Source of the DNA: an uncultured Pseudomonadota bacterium
GTDB lineage: Bacteria > Pseudomonadota > Alphaproteobacteria > RF32 > CAG-239
Assembly: GCA_949297185.1 (NCBI GenBank)
Contig: CASFRM010000006.1
Span: forward strand, 16,374-80,373
DNA: 64,000 nucleotides
Direction: 5' to 3'
The notes beneath the pieces were generated by a model, which searched no databases, was not told where the DNA came from, and was given only the letters and a program-made list of their open reading frames with translations. Position 1 is the stretch's first letter; the number at the start of each line of letters is the position of its first letter. A program made the translations under genes and the position numbers. Below, one piece after another: positions 53,941 through 63,700 of the stretch.

Positions 53941-54282
53941 ATGCAATTTATAAAGAACAATATTTGGACCTTGTGTCTTGTAGTTTTGGCAGGTTTGTTT
54001 GCCTTTACTGGTGATGCAGCCGCTCAGGGTTCAGTAATGGAACTTGGTAAACAAAAAGCATTGAATGTGTTTACCTCAGTTAAAACAATTATTTTCATCG
54101 TTGGTGGTTTTGGTCTTGTAGGTATTGCCTTTGCCGCTATTTTCGGAAAAGTAAACTGGAAATGGTTTGCAGCTTTGGCTGTAGGTTTGGCAATTTTGGC
54201 TGCTGCCGGATCAATTGTTAACTACGCAACCGGTGATAGCATTAGTGGCTTTAACGATACCTTCTCGTCAGCTACTAACTAA
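53941..54282 (+). CDS. virB2: VirB2/TrbC-like T4SS pilin (paralog 1, canonical size)
   Basis: 113 aa. Signal peptide (…GDAAA/QG) and two hydrophobic helices separated by GKVNWKW. AAAGGAG RBS. Lies upstream of virB3-virB4. Confidence 0.7.
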   Translation: MQFIKNNIWTLCLVVLAGLFAFTGDAAAQGSVMELGKQKALNVFTSVKTIIFIVGGFGLVGIAFAAIFGKVNWKWFAALAVGLAILAAAGSIVNYATGDSISGFNDTFSSATN

Positions 54283-54295
54283 GGTTTTAGGTCAA

Positions 54296-54334
54296 GGCTT
54301 CGAGGCTTATGCAAAAGCCTCGGGGCCTAAGGCC
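54296..54334 (+). other. Stem-loop directly after the pilin gene (no T-run; possible mRNA-stabilising or attenuating hairpin)
   Basis: cgaggctt-atgcaa-aagcctcg core (54301-54322) with an extended imperfect stem, plus a ggcctaaggcc palindrome. Confidence 0.35.
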
Positions 54335-54430
54335 TAAATAAAAGAAGGCTGGATTTATTTTTATACAAGTAACGGTGTGCAAAAACAAACTCAGTCAATA
54401 AAAGCGAACTAAGGCAAATAGGAGGATAAG

Positions 54431-55108
54431 ATGTATAAGTTAAAAGACATATTAAAAGTGCTTCTTATAGCCTTGTTTGTTTGTGTTTACAGCGCCGGAG
54501 ATGTTTACGCACAGACTGATATGTGCGGAGGCCCGTGTCCAGAAGGAAGTGTATGTACTAAAACAATGTCAAATGTAAATGGTGCAGACGAATGGAGATG
54601 CGTGACCAAAGCAAAACCGACAGGAGATGTTAATACGGAAGGCCAAGGAGGTGCGACACAAAATGCCAACTTCTGCGGTACTGACGGCGGAGCGTTTTCT
54701 CAACTTGTAACTACCGGAGTTCTGATTTTCAAAAGATTACGCGATTTGATATATGTTGTAGCCGGTTTTGGTATTATAGCGGTAGCTGTCGGAGGATTCT
54801 TTGGTAACCTCAACTGGAAGTGGCTGGGCGCGATAATCATTTCGCTGGTGGTTATAGCTTCTGCCGGAGAAATTGTTGCCATGATAACAGGATGTAGCAG
54901 TTTTGATGGAGGTCTCATTACCAACACACTAACACATCCCACCGGCATGAGTACACAAGAATTTAATGATACCTATACCGAAAGAGTAAAGTTAAACAAG
55001 ACCATAGACTGGAACGACAGTATGGATGTTTATACTCCACCTAACAGTTCTAGTGCTGCCGAAGCAGCCATTGAAGAGACTGGTTTAGAAGAAAACACTG
55101 CAGAATAA
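54431..55108 (+). CDS. VirB2-like pilin paralog 2 with a Cys-rich N-domain and C-terminal extension
   Basis: 225 aa. Signal peptide and CGGPCPEGSVCTK...WRCV. The core LIYVVAGFGIIAVAVGGFFGNLNWKWLGAIIISLVVIASAGEIV aligns with paralog 1. Confidence 0.6.
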   Translation: MYKLKDILKVLLIALFVCVYSAGDVYAQTDMCGGPCPEGSVCTKTMSNVNGADEWRCVTKAKPTGDVNTEGQGGATQNANFCGTDGGAFSQLVTTGVLIFKRLRDLIYVVAGFGIIAVAVGGFFGNLNWKWLGAIIISLVVIASAGEIVAMITGCSSFDGGLITNTLTHPTGMSTQEFNDTYTERVKLNKTIDWNDSMDVYTPPNSSSAAEAAIEETGLEENTAE

Positions 55109-55143
55109 GATTATAAGGACGGATAAGGATACAGGAGGGAGCC

Positions 55144-58100
55144 ATGATGAAATTATCTAAAATAAGCAAGGTAATAATGCTGATTGGCATAATTATGGCC
55201 TTCTCAACTAGTAATGTTTTTGCAGCCAGTGACTGCGAAAAGCAATGTAGCGAAACATACAAAGGTAATCGCTCGCAAATATCTGCTTGTAAAGCTCAGT
55301 GTAAAGCCGACGAGGCTAACCAAAAAGCAACAAATACACAGGCGGCACAAGATACTGCGATAAATGATAGATGGAAGCAAGCGCAGTCAACAAAAGAAAT
55401 GACGCAGAACACCTATACAGATGCTTCGGTAAAATATAATACCTGTGTCGCAACTAAAGGTGCAAATGCTTGTCAGGCTGAAAAGAAAGCAATGGAAGAT
55501 GCCAAGTTTGACCTTGACGCTGCCAATGAATCTTATAACGATGCTCAAAAAGATGCTTCAAAGGCCTACTGGGAAAATAAAAAAATGCAAGAGAAGGCTG
55601 ATGCGGCAGCCGCCAAGGCTGAGCAGAAGCAGTTAAAAGCCGATCAAAAAGCATTAAAAGATGCCGAAAAAGCTCTCAAAAAATGTGAAAAAGAAAACGG
55701 AGAAGGTAATTGCGCTGCAGAAGAATCCGCTGTTGCCGAGGCTCAGCAAAAGGTTGATTCTCATAATCAAGCCGTTGAAGGTACATCAGGAGAAGATGCG
55801 CAACTAAACGCATTACAAAATGAATTTACCAGCGCTGGTTCAGATTATGGTAAACAATCTGATGCTCTCAACTCGATGAAAAATTATAGCAATGAACTTA
55901 CGGTCGCAGCCGCAGCCGCCTCTGCGGAATGTACAAGATACAGTGCAATGACATCTCAAGATGCCAGAGCAAAGGCAAAAGATGCCTGTGCTCAGGCAGA
56001 GGCATTAAAAGCTCAAGCAGAAGCCGCTCAATCAGCATATGAAGAAGCAAAAAATGCTATGGCCGACAGACCGTTATCAGAAAGTGTATTGGCTGCTCAG
56101 GGTCGTGTAAAACAAGGAACAAAAAACGACAATAGCTACGGAATAGTAGACATAGATGAAGCTCGCCAAATATCAATGAGTGGCAGCGATGCAAACAGTT
56201 TTGCCGGCTATAGGTCTGAAAAATTTAATTATGACTCCGGAGGAGATGTTCTAGAAAAGATAACTCGTCGTGCAGCCAGAGTTGTCGTTGGTCTCAAACC
56301 CTTAGTGTATATATTTGCCGGTTTTGGCTTAATCGGCTTTGCGTGGGCTGCAATTTTCAATAAATTAAGCTGGAAGTGGTTTGCTAATATTGCAATGGGT
56401 TTGTTCTTGGTCGCTAATATGGGACGACTGATTGAATATATGGTTGCCGGAGATGGTGGTACCCACTATTATATAGGGGTGTGGGACGATGGCGCGACAC
56501 CAACCGGAACTAAAACCGATGGCGCTAACCAACTAGCCAATGCCTTCAAAGATAGCTATTATGTATATGGTGATAATGTAGATAGACAAACAGGTTTAAG
56601 AATGTTTGAGCTTAGCGCGCAGGGTACAGATACGGAAAAAGTCGCAGAAGAATTCACGGCATCTGCAGCAGGGTTCTGCCAAGGTACCAGCGGTTCTGGT
56701 TGGGCTAACTTCACCAGCTGTGTCAAAGATGTTATTTCAACGGCTAAAAAAGCTGCCGATACTGTAAAGACAACGGTTGCCGTTGCTCAAGATATGAAGG
56801 CTCGTGTCGATACCGTAAAAGATACTGTTTCCAATATCACGCAGGCTGCTAAAAATATGAAAGGGGCAAGCTTAACTGAAATTGTAACCAATACAGGTAT
56901 AATTTTAAGCAATGTTAACACAGCTGTCTCTACCACCACTGGAGCTATTGGTTCGGTTACCAATGCTATGTCTACAATATCTAACAACGTCCAAGATATG
57001 GGCAAGAGTGTAGAACAACAAAAAGAATTGCAAGACCGCCGCAACAGCGGAGAAGCCACCAATGCCTTTGACGCTATGTTGAAAGGTCAGGAGTGGGATG
57101 CTTCAACCGGAGGTGTAGAAAATGTTGATGGCGAATGGGCCGGCCAGAGTAATTTCATAACAACGACCAATGACTTAGCTTCAGATATCAGCGACAAGTC
57201 ATCACAACTTAACGGTTTAGCTCAAGACGGTTTGATGCAGGTCGGTGTGGTTACCAACGCTATAGAAAGTGCACCAATCCTTCCGGGAGGTAAGAGCCTG
57301 TATGATAAATATGCAGATAATAAAGAGCAAAAGGTACAACAAAATCGTGCTCAAGCACAGGCTGCCGCCGATCAAGCTTATCGCGAAAGCAATGCCGGCA
57401 AAAATGAGGATTATCGAGCCAAGAGCGAACAAGTAAGCAATATGTATAACGATATGCAGAAGCAAGAACAAGAAGTTAAGCAGTTGCAAAATCAAAAAGC
57501 CAGTGCCGAAAAGGCAGTTGAGCAGAATTGTAACGGCGATAACGATACCTCTCCTTTGTGTCAAGCTTCGCGCAATAGCTTGAAGGCAGTTGAGGATTCT
57601 CTACAGGCCAAAGAAGAGCAATTAAATAAGACCAAAGATGAGTATGATGAGGCCAAGAGGTCAATGGAACACGCCTATAACGAGGCTCTAGATAGTAACA
57701 TATCTAAGGCTGAGGAAGATTACGAAAAGGCAGCTAAGGATGCAGATGATATTTGTAGCAAAAATCCTGGAAGTTCTGAATGCGCAAATGCTCGTCAAAA
57801 AGCTCTTGATGCCGCCAATACTCTGACTTCTTATGTAAATGAGAAAGAAAATGCAACCGGCGATAGTCGCTATGAGACCTCAGAGGATACGGCCAATAAG
57901 CTGGTAAGCAATGAAGATGAACAAAAACTCAAAGAAATGGAAAAACAACTTGCCTATGAGCAAGAGCAAGAAGCCAATAGATTGAAACACGAGGCCGAGA
58001 TTGCTAACAGCCAGTATGAGCAAGCAATGTCTGAAGCAGACGCACTCTACTCTGCAGTTAATAGCCAAGAAGAACAAGTAAAACAACTTGAACAAGAAGC

Positions 58101-59418
58101 TAAGAATAAACAACAAAATGCAGATAAGGCTTGTGCAACAGATCCAAATAGCTCGCTTTGTGCAACAGCCAGAGAGGCTTCGTCTGCCGCCAATGCTGCT
58201 CTTAATAATAAAAAAGACCAGCTCGAGCAGACCAAAAATGATTATGATGCAGCCAAAAACAAAGCCGAAGACGCATATCAAAATGCTCTGACTGCCAACC
58301 AAAATCAGGCTCAAAGAGATTTGGAAAACGCTAAAGAAAAATCTGAAAATGCCAAAGCAACTCTTGATGAGGTTAATAGCAAGATTGATGGTGCCAAAGA
58401 TGATATGAATACGGCCAAAGATGAGTACAATCAAGCCATGAAAGACGCTCAGGCTGCGCAAGATGCATACAATCAAGCTGTTTCAAGCGGTGCAAATCAG
58501 TCCGAAATCAATAGATTGAAGCGCGAATACGAAAATAAGCTTGCTGAGATGAGTGACAAAAAGGACAATTACGAAGAAAAGAATAAAGAATACAATGATT
58601 TGTCCAAACAAAAAGAACAAGCTCAACGCGATTATAACAGCGCGTACTCAGAGGCTAACGATGCTGCCGGCAGACTGGATTCTTATACCAATGAGGATAT
58701 CAACCAGACCGGTGATAGTCGTTTAACCTCAAGTGAAGATGTTGCAAATCAAATATTGGTTAACCAATATGAGAGCGAAACTAATCCCAATGCAGTAGCT
58801 CAGGCTTCTAAAAACAGCTATGTCGAGCAAAAGAACAAAACCGATGTCGCCGAATATACCAAAAATGAGAAAGAAGCTGCAGCTAAGAATGCCTATAACG
58901 AGTATCAAAAGGCGCTACAACGTTGTCAACAAAGCGGAAATCCGAGTGATTGTCAGCTGGCAGACCGCCTGTCAAGCCAGTACAATCTTGCAGCCAGCGA
59001 AGCCGAGGCCGCTAAGCAAGAGTATGAAAGCTTAAACAATGAACTTCAAGGTTATGAAAGCGACTACAAACGCAAAGCTCTGGAGTCAGAAAAATATAAA
59101 CAGCGCGAATATCAGGCAGATATGCAAGAAGCATCCTCGGATATCAATAAATATGAGCGGTTGGTATCTCAACAACGCCGAGTAGTAGATGATGCTGCGC
59201 TTAGATACACTCAAGCCAAGAATAGCTTGCAAGAAGGCGATGAAGCCGGCTTAAAACTAGCAGCTCAGCTCTACGACGAATACAAAGAAGCCAAAGCTTT
59301 GTATGATGACTATCAGAGCAAGTTAAATCAAGCCAGAAATAGGCTGAGTACAGCTCAAAGCAATTATGATAAATCAGTAGCGGAAGCCAGAAGACTTGAA
59401 AAAGAACTAAACGGCTAA
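55144..59418 (+). CDS. Giant (1424 aa) coiled-coil protein with an embedded VirB2-like two-helix core
   Basis: Signal peptide. The core at 56281-56450 (LVYIFAGFGLIGFAWAAIFNKLSWKWFANIAMGLFLVANMGRLIEY) aligns with both upstream pilin paralogs. It is flanked by a ~380-aa N-terminal and a ~970-aa C-terminal A/E/K/Q-rich coiled coil with recurrent C-x8-9-C loops. Confidence 0.85.
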   Translation: MMKLSKISKVIMLIGIIMAFSTSNVFAASDCEKQCSETYKGNRSQISACKAQCKADEANQKATNTQAAQDTAINDRWKQAQSTKEMTQNTYTDASVKYNTCVATKGANACQAEKKAMEDAKFDLDAANESYNDAQKDASKAYWENKKMQEKADAAAAKAEQKQLKADQKALKDAEKALKKCEKENGEGNCAAEESAVAEAQQKVDSHNQAVEGTSGEDAQLNALQNEFTSAGSDYGKQSDALNSMKNYSNELTVAAAAASAECTRYSAMTSQDARAKAKDACAQAEALKAQAEAAQSAYEEAKNAMADRPLSESVLAAQGRVKQGTKNDNSYGIVDIDEARQISMSGSDANSFAGYRSEKFNYDSGGDVLEKITRRAARVVVGLKPLVYIFAGFGLIGFAWAAIFNKLSWKWFANIAMGLFLVANMGRLIEYMVAGDGGTHYYIGVWDDGATPTGTKTDGANQLANAFKDSYYVYGDNVDRQTGLRMFELSAQGTDTEKVAEEFTASAAGFCQGTSGSGWANFTSCVKDVISTAKKAADTVKTTVAVAQDMKARVDTVKDTVSNITQAAKNMKGASLTEIVTNTGIILSNVNTAVSTTTGAIGSVTNAMSTISNNVQDMGKSVEQQKELQDRRNSGEATNAFDAMLKGQEWDASTGGVENVDGEWAGQSNFITTTNDLASDISDKSSQLNGLAQDGLMQVGVVTNAIESAPILPGGKSLYDKYADNKEQKVQQNRAQAQAAADQAYRESNAGKNEDYRAKSEQVSNMYNDMQKQEQEVKQLQNQKASAEKAVEQNCNGDNDTSPLCQASRNSLKAVEDSLQAKEEQLNKTKDEYDEAKRSMEHAYNEALDSNISKAEEDYEKAAKDADDICSKNPGSSECANARQKALDAANTLTSYVNEKENATGDSRYETSEDTANKLVSNEDEQKLKEMEKQLAYEQEQEANRLKHEAEIANSQYEQAMSEADALYSAVNSQEEQVKQLEQEAKNKQQNADKACATDPNSSLCATAREASSAANAALNNKKDQLEQTKNDYDAAKNKAEDAYQNALTANQNQAQRDLENAKEKSENAKATLDEVNSKIDGAKDDMNTAKDEYNQAMKDAQAAQDAYNQAVSSGANQSEINRLKREYENKLAEMSDKKDNYEEKNKEYNDLSKQKEQAQRDYNSAYSEANDAAGRLDSYTNEDINQTGDSRLTSSEDVANQILVNQYESETNPNAVAQASKNSYVEQKNKTDVAEYTKNEKEAAAKNAYNEYQKALQRCQQSGNPSDCQLADRLSSQYNLAASEAEAAKQEYESLNNELQGYESDYKRKALESEKYKQREYQADMQEASSDINKYERLVSQQRRVVDDAALRYTQAKNSLQEGDEAGLKLAAQLYDEYKEAKALYDDYQSKLNQARNRLSTAQSNYDKSVAEARRLEKELNG

Positions 59419-59440
59419 AGTAAGTTAACTCATTATTCAT

Positions 59441-59491
59441 AAAACGGAAGTATGCTCTAACATAAAGTTGTGTAATACTTCCGTTTTTTTT
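59441..59491 (+). terminator. Rho-independent terminator between the giant gene and virB3
   Basis: 12-bp stem aaaacggaagta / tacttccgtttt with a 23-nt loop, followed by a T-run. Confidence 0.6.
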
Positions 59492-59589
59492 GAGCTTCAA
59501 ATAGGTGTAGGATAAAATTATTTGTATTGTTGCGAAAAAATAACGGATGTTTTATCATAACCTTGGCTGTAGTCTGAGAGATAATTGAT

Positions 59590-59880
59590 ATGCGAGAAGT
59601 AATATTAAAGGCAGTTGCTAATCCTCCCAAGATTCTGTGGGGTCCGTTTTTGCCGGTTCTGCTCAATCTCGGTGTGCAATTTCCGATAATGTTTATGTTT
59701 ATGGGGACATTTAATGTCAACCCGATATGGTTTATGGCATCCTTGGTTTTAGGGCATGTCATCAGTGTTTTTATGGGAATAAAAGAACCTCACATATCAG
59801 CCATGATACAGGCTTATGGTCAAAGCGCTAAAAAAACAACCAACCTCTATAAAGTAAAGGGGAATAAATTTGCACCCTGA
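59590..59880 (+). CDS. virB3: T4SS protein VirB3-like
   Basis: 96 aa with two TM helices. N-terminal LKAVANPPKILWGPFLPVLLNLGV resembles the VirB3 motif. Overlaps virB4 by 11 nt. Confidence 0.7.
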   Translation: MREVILKAVANPPKILWGPFLPVLLNLGVQFPIMFMFMGTFNVNPIWFMASLVLGHVISVFMGIKEPHISAMIQAYGQSAKKTTNLYKVKGNKFAP

Positions 59881-62299
59881 TTATGATTTTTTCTCGATCT
59901 TCGTCGAAGGTCTGTCAAGTTTTGAAATATTGGTGGCCGTTATAGGTTTTATTTCGGCAGCGGCATTTGCCGGCTTTTGGGCAACCAAATTCGGTCATTT
60001 GGTCTTGCCTCATCCGAGAGAGTCCCGCGTTTCGGACTTTATGCCGTTTGAAAAGCTCCTTTCTGACGGAATGACGATTCGTTGCTATAATGGTTCTTTG
60101 GCGCGTGTATTTAGGGTCACCGGAGCCGATTTGGCCTTTGCTACGGAAGAAAAGGTAGCCTCTATGCTGGAGGCCAGAAAGTCGTGGATAGACGGAATGT
60201 CTGACCTGCAAGTTACCTGTCGAGTAATTACCATAAGAGAAAAAGTACCTCTGGAAGAAAATGTTAGCAATTTTAACAACCCGTTGCTCGAACAGATATC
60301 TGAGGTTTGGCAAGAGAATATAAACAGAGTATTCTTCAATACCCACTACATAGTACTTTCGGTAGCAGACCGCGATGAAAATCTAAAAGACCTAAACTAT
60401 GCCTCGCAGTCTTTGGTTGCCACCTTAAACGACTATGGCGTAAAGCCCTTGATTGAGGAAGAGGGAAGTTCTGCTGATGACAGTCCGTTTATAGTCTACT
60501 CAAAACTATGTTCTCCGGTATCAAGACCTAAGCCCAAAGTTAGAGGTGCAGTTGGAGCGCAGCTCAATCAGCTGCTAACTGCTGACCATATCCACTTCAC
60601 GGGCGAAGATGGTATCATCAAATTTTTCTCCGGAGAAAAAGAGTTGTATGAAGTTGTTATGGGAATACGTTCTTCCGGAGACTATATGGACGAGGCGATG
60701 GTTTCTTCGCTTCTTGCAATAGATTGCGAACTGGTTTTGTTGCACAATATTCGCCCGATATTTAAGCCGCAAGCTCGCGCGTTATTGTTACAACAACAAA
60801 GAATGGCCGCCATGACCAGCTTTTCCGGCGATGTTATAGACCAATACAGTGAAGTCCTTTCCGCTATTGAAGAAAGCGATAGCGACCACCAAGCTCTTAC
60901 CGAATATGCTATGGCAATAATGCTAAGAGGTGAAAGCAAAGAAGAAATAGATAATGCCGAGAGCGAAGTTCAAAGAATATGTCGTTTGTTCAGTGTAACT
61001 CCGGTTAGGGAAGGCTGGGTCGCTCAAGCAACATTCTTCAATCAGTTTCCAACATATGAAACTCTACCCAGAACATATCGCTATTTATCAAGGGTTGTCG
61101 CGACGGCCGTTTCGTTTGACAAGCCTTCGGAAGGTTTCTCTAAGTCTGACTGGGGACCGGGAGCAATTACCATATTTCGCACCACCTCGGGTTCTGCGTA
61201 TCGTTTTCAGTTCCATGTTTCATCGGAAGATTCTGCAGTCGCTCACTGTTGCATTATCGGACCGACCGGTCAAGGTAAAACCACATTACTTACCTTTTTG
61301 GCCGGACAAGCTATGCGGCACGCCGATTTGAAAGTGTTCTTTTTTGACCGCCACCGAGGTGCCGAAATATTTACTCGTGCAGTTAAAGGCGCTTATGTAG
61401 GCTTTGAAGGTGATGAAAAAAATGTTTCTTTGAACCCGTTTGCATGTGCCAATACTCCCAATAACCGAGCTTTTCTGCGTCGCTGGATGCGTGCGATTAC
61501 GCTTGTTGATGATGCTGTTTCAGAAAAAGAAATTGCTCGTGCAGTAACTACAGCTTTTGATTACTTGCGTCCTGAAGAAAGAATTATGAGTAATCTGTAT
61601 AAAAGCTGCTTTTCTCCGACCGGCAATATGCGCCGAGAACTGTTTAAGTGGGTAAACCCTGATCAGTACGGTAATATTTTCAACTCTCAGGATGATAGTT
61701 TGGATCTAAAAAGCAAGCGCTTTATGGCATTTGACTTTACTCATATATTTGAGGACGAAACTTTAGCTCCTGCCGTAATTAGTTACATCATGCACCGAAT
61801 ACAGTCCGAAACCGGAGACACAGGTGTTCCTTCGCTAATTATGATTGATGAAACAGCGCCGATGTTAAAACACCCGATGTTTAGAGACTATTTTGCCATT
61901 GGTTTGCAAGAAGGTCGTAAAAAACGCCAAGCCTATTTGTGCGCATTCCAGCAGCCCAATATTATCGATAAGCTTGGTGTTGGCGAGGTTATTCGTGGTC
62001 AATGCCAAACCGTAATCTTTTTCCGCAACCCTCAAGCCATGCCGGAAGACTATGTAAACTGGAACTTAACCGAGGCGGAAACAGACTTTATTTTTGGTAA
62101 AAGTTATCGTGATTTTCCATATGCAATCCTTTTGTCCAGACCGGCAACAGGTGAGTCAGTTATATTAGATGTCGATTTAAGCGGATTAGGTCCCTATCTC
62201 AAAATATACAATTCCGGAAGAAAGAATGTTTTGTTGGTAGAAGAACTGATAAAAGAATATGGTGAAGACAACTTTGTTACAAAATATTTAAATCTTTAG
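59870..62299 (+). CDS. virB4: T4SS ATPase VirB4 (CagE/TrbE family)
   Basis: 809 aa with a TTG start. Walker A GPTGQGKTT, Walker B LIMIDETAP and typical VirB4 length. Confidence 0.92.
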   Translation: MHPDYDFFSIFVEGLSSFEILVAVIGFISAAAFAGFWATKFGHLVLPHPRESRVSDFMPFEKLLSDGMTIRCYNGSLARVFRVTGADLAFATEEKVASMLEARKSWIDGMSDLQVTCRVITIREKVPLEENVSNFNNPLLEQISEVWQENINRVFFNTHYIVLSVADRDENLKDLNYASQSLVATLNDYGVKPLIEEEGSSADDSPFIVYSKLCSPVSRPKPKVRGAVGAQLNQLLTADHIHFTGEDGIIKFFSGEKELYEVVMGIRSSGDYMDEAMVSSLLAIDCELVLLHNIRPIFKPQARALLLQQQRMAAMTSFSGDVIDQYSEVLSAIEESDSDHQALTEYAMAIMLRGESKEEIDNAESEVQRICRLFSVTPVREGWVAQATFFNQFPTYETLPRTYRYLSRVVATAVSFDKPSEGFSKSDWGPGAITIFRTTSGSAYRFQFHVSSEDSAVAHCCIIGPTGQGKTTLLTFLAGQAMRHADLKVFFFDRHRGAEIFTRAVKGAYVGFEGDEKNVSLNPFACANTPNNRAFLRRWMRAITLVDDAVSEKEIARAVTTAFDYLRPEERIMSNLYKSCFSPTGNMRRELFKWVNPDQYGNIFNSQDDSLDLKSKRFMAFDFTHIFEDETLAPAVISYIMHRIQSETGDTGVPSLIMIDETAPMLKHPMFRDYFAIGLQEGRKKRQAYLCAFQQPNIIDKLGVGEVIRGQCQTVIFFRNPQAMPEDYVNWNLTEAETDFIFGKSYRDFPYAILLSRPATGESVILDVDLSGLGPYLKIYNSGRKNVLLVEELIKEYGEDNFVTKYLNL

Positions 62300-62362
62300 C
62301 AAAAGGCAGTTAACCTATTTAATCTACGCCGGAATTATGATAAAATATAGGAAAGTTGACCG

Positions 62363-63691
62363 ATGGGGAGAACAGAGATGAACAGGCACATAAAGACATT
62401 TGCAATATTGGCTTGCATATTTTTTTCGCACTCATCCTATGCCATTATCCCTACGGCAGATATTCCCGGTACCATTCAGGCTGCGAATGAGGTTAGCAAT
62501 ACAATTAACAATGTGAAGGAAAGTGTTGCACAGGTTACACAATATCAAAAGACTATGGCGGCCATCGGTACAGCCAAGAAGAGCGTTTCGGAATTTATAA
62601 GTAATCAAAAAGAAAAATTGCAAGAAAAGCTTGATAAGATTGAGGAATATAAGAAAAAAGCTGAAGAATATAAAGCTATGGCCTTGTCATATAAGCAAGA
62701 AGCAGAAGAGAGGGTAGCATATTACAAAGATTTAGCCGAAGACACGGTAGACACGGCACAAAGCTATAAACAACAAGCACAAGATGTTATTGGCGCAGTT
62801 TCTGATAAAACAAGCGGAGTTGCCGTAGCAAAAACAGAAGAAGCAAATGATACAGCCGAAACTGAACAAGATAAAGCGGTTGCAGAAGAAAACAACAATG
62901 CTGGAGAAATTGAGATGGTTGAGACTTCTCCCAGCACAAACAGGACCGCGTTTTCTTCAGCTGAAACAAGCTTCCCATCAAATGTAGAGGCAATAAAATC
63001 ACCAGCTGCAGCAGCATCTAACATATCTAAAACGACGCCTAAAGTGCAGCCGATTGAAGTAAAAGCTATTCAGAATGACACTGTATCTCCAGAAAATAAA
63101 GTAGAAATAAAAGCTCCGCAGCAAATCACTCCCACTCGCGCAACCTTTAAGAGCTCATTTTTAACACCCCATGTCATCAGAAATAGTTATCCGCTTGCTT
63201 TTGCCAGCATATTGGAGATAGACGCATTAAAAGGAGGAAGTACTCCCGATAAAGTGCTTATCGTTCCCGATGCCATATCCGTACATTGCGACCTAAATTA
63301 TGAGGACGCAACAGAAGAAGGCAAATTTGACGAGTGTCTGACTTCCATCAACCAAAAACTTAATTCCGAAGTGTCAGATGCCGCCGATATGCAAGAAAAG
63401 TCAACCGTACAAACGGATTTTATAAATGGTTATGTTGAATATGTTACAGCTTCTTTTCTGGAGGCTTTTGCCATATACAACGAAAGCTTAACTTTTAAAA
63501 ATAACATGGTGGATCCTGTAACTACCTCCAATATGGAGACCGTAGATTCTGCTTGGGCGTATGCAAAGGAGATGAACCGCATTATCGGTACTCGCTATAA
63601 TACATTGCGCCGTTTGTGGGCTCGGCAACTTGGTATAAAATCTTATAACTCGTATATTTACGCTGATTTGTCCCAAGAAGATGAAAAATAG
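62363..63691 (+). CDS. Hypothetical secreted T4SS-associated protein (possible VirB5/TrbJ analog)
   Basis: Signal peptide. The N-terminal helical segment IIPTADIPGTIQAANEVSNTINNVKESVAQVTQYQK is reminiscent of VirB5/TrbJ N-termini, followed by a low-complexity acidic linker and a C-terminal helical domain. Confidence 0.55.
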   Translation: MGRTEMNRHIKTFAILACIFFSHSSYAIIPTADIPGTIQAANEVSNTINNVKESVAQVTQYQKTMAAIGTAKKSVSEFISNQKEKLQEKLDKIEEYKKKAEEYKAMALSYKQEAEERVAYYKDLAEDTVDTAQSYKQQAQDVIGAVSDKTSGVAVAKTEEANDTAETEQDKAVAEENNNAGEIEMVETSPSTNRTAFSSAETSFPSNVEAIKSPAAAASNISKTTPKVQPIEVKAIQNDTVSPENKVEIKAPQQITPTRATFKSSFLTPHVIRNSYPLAFASILEIDALKGGSTPDKVLIVPDAISVHCDLNYEDATEEGKFDECLTSINQKLNSEVSDAADMQEKSTVQTDFINGYVEYVTASFLEAFAIYNESLTFKNNMVDPVTTSNMETVDSAWAYAKEMNRIIGTRYNTLRRLWARQLGIKSYNSYIYADLSQEDEK

Positions 63692-63700
63692 GAGGTGCAG

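Noticed and set aside
57880-58476. 198-aa minus-strand ORF
   Set aside because: It is antisense to the giant coiled-coil gene. The hydrophobic, low-complexity translation is the mirror of GAA/AAA/GCT-rich codons, and there is no RBS.
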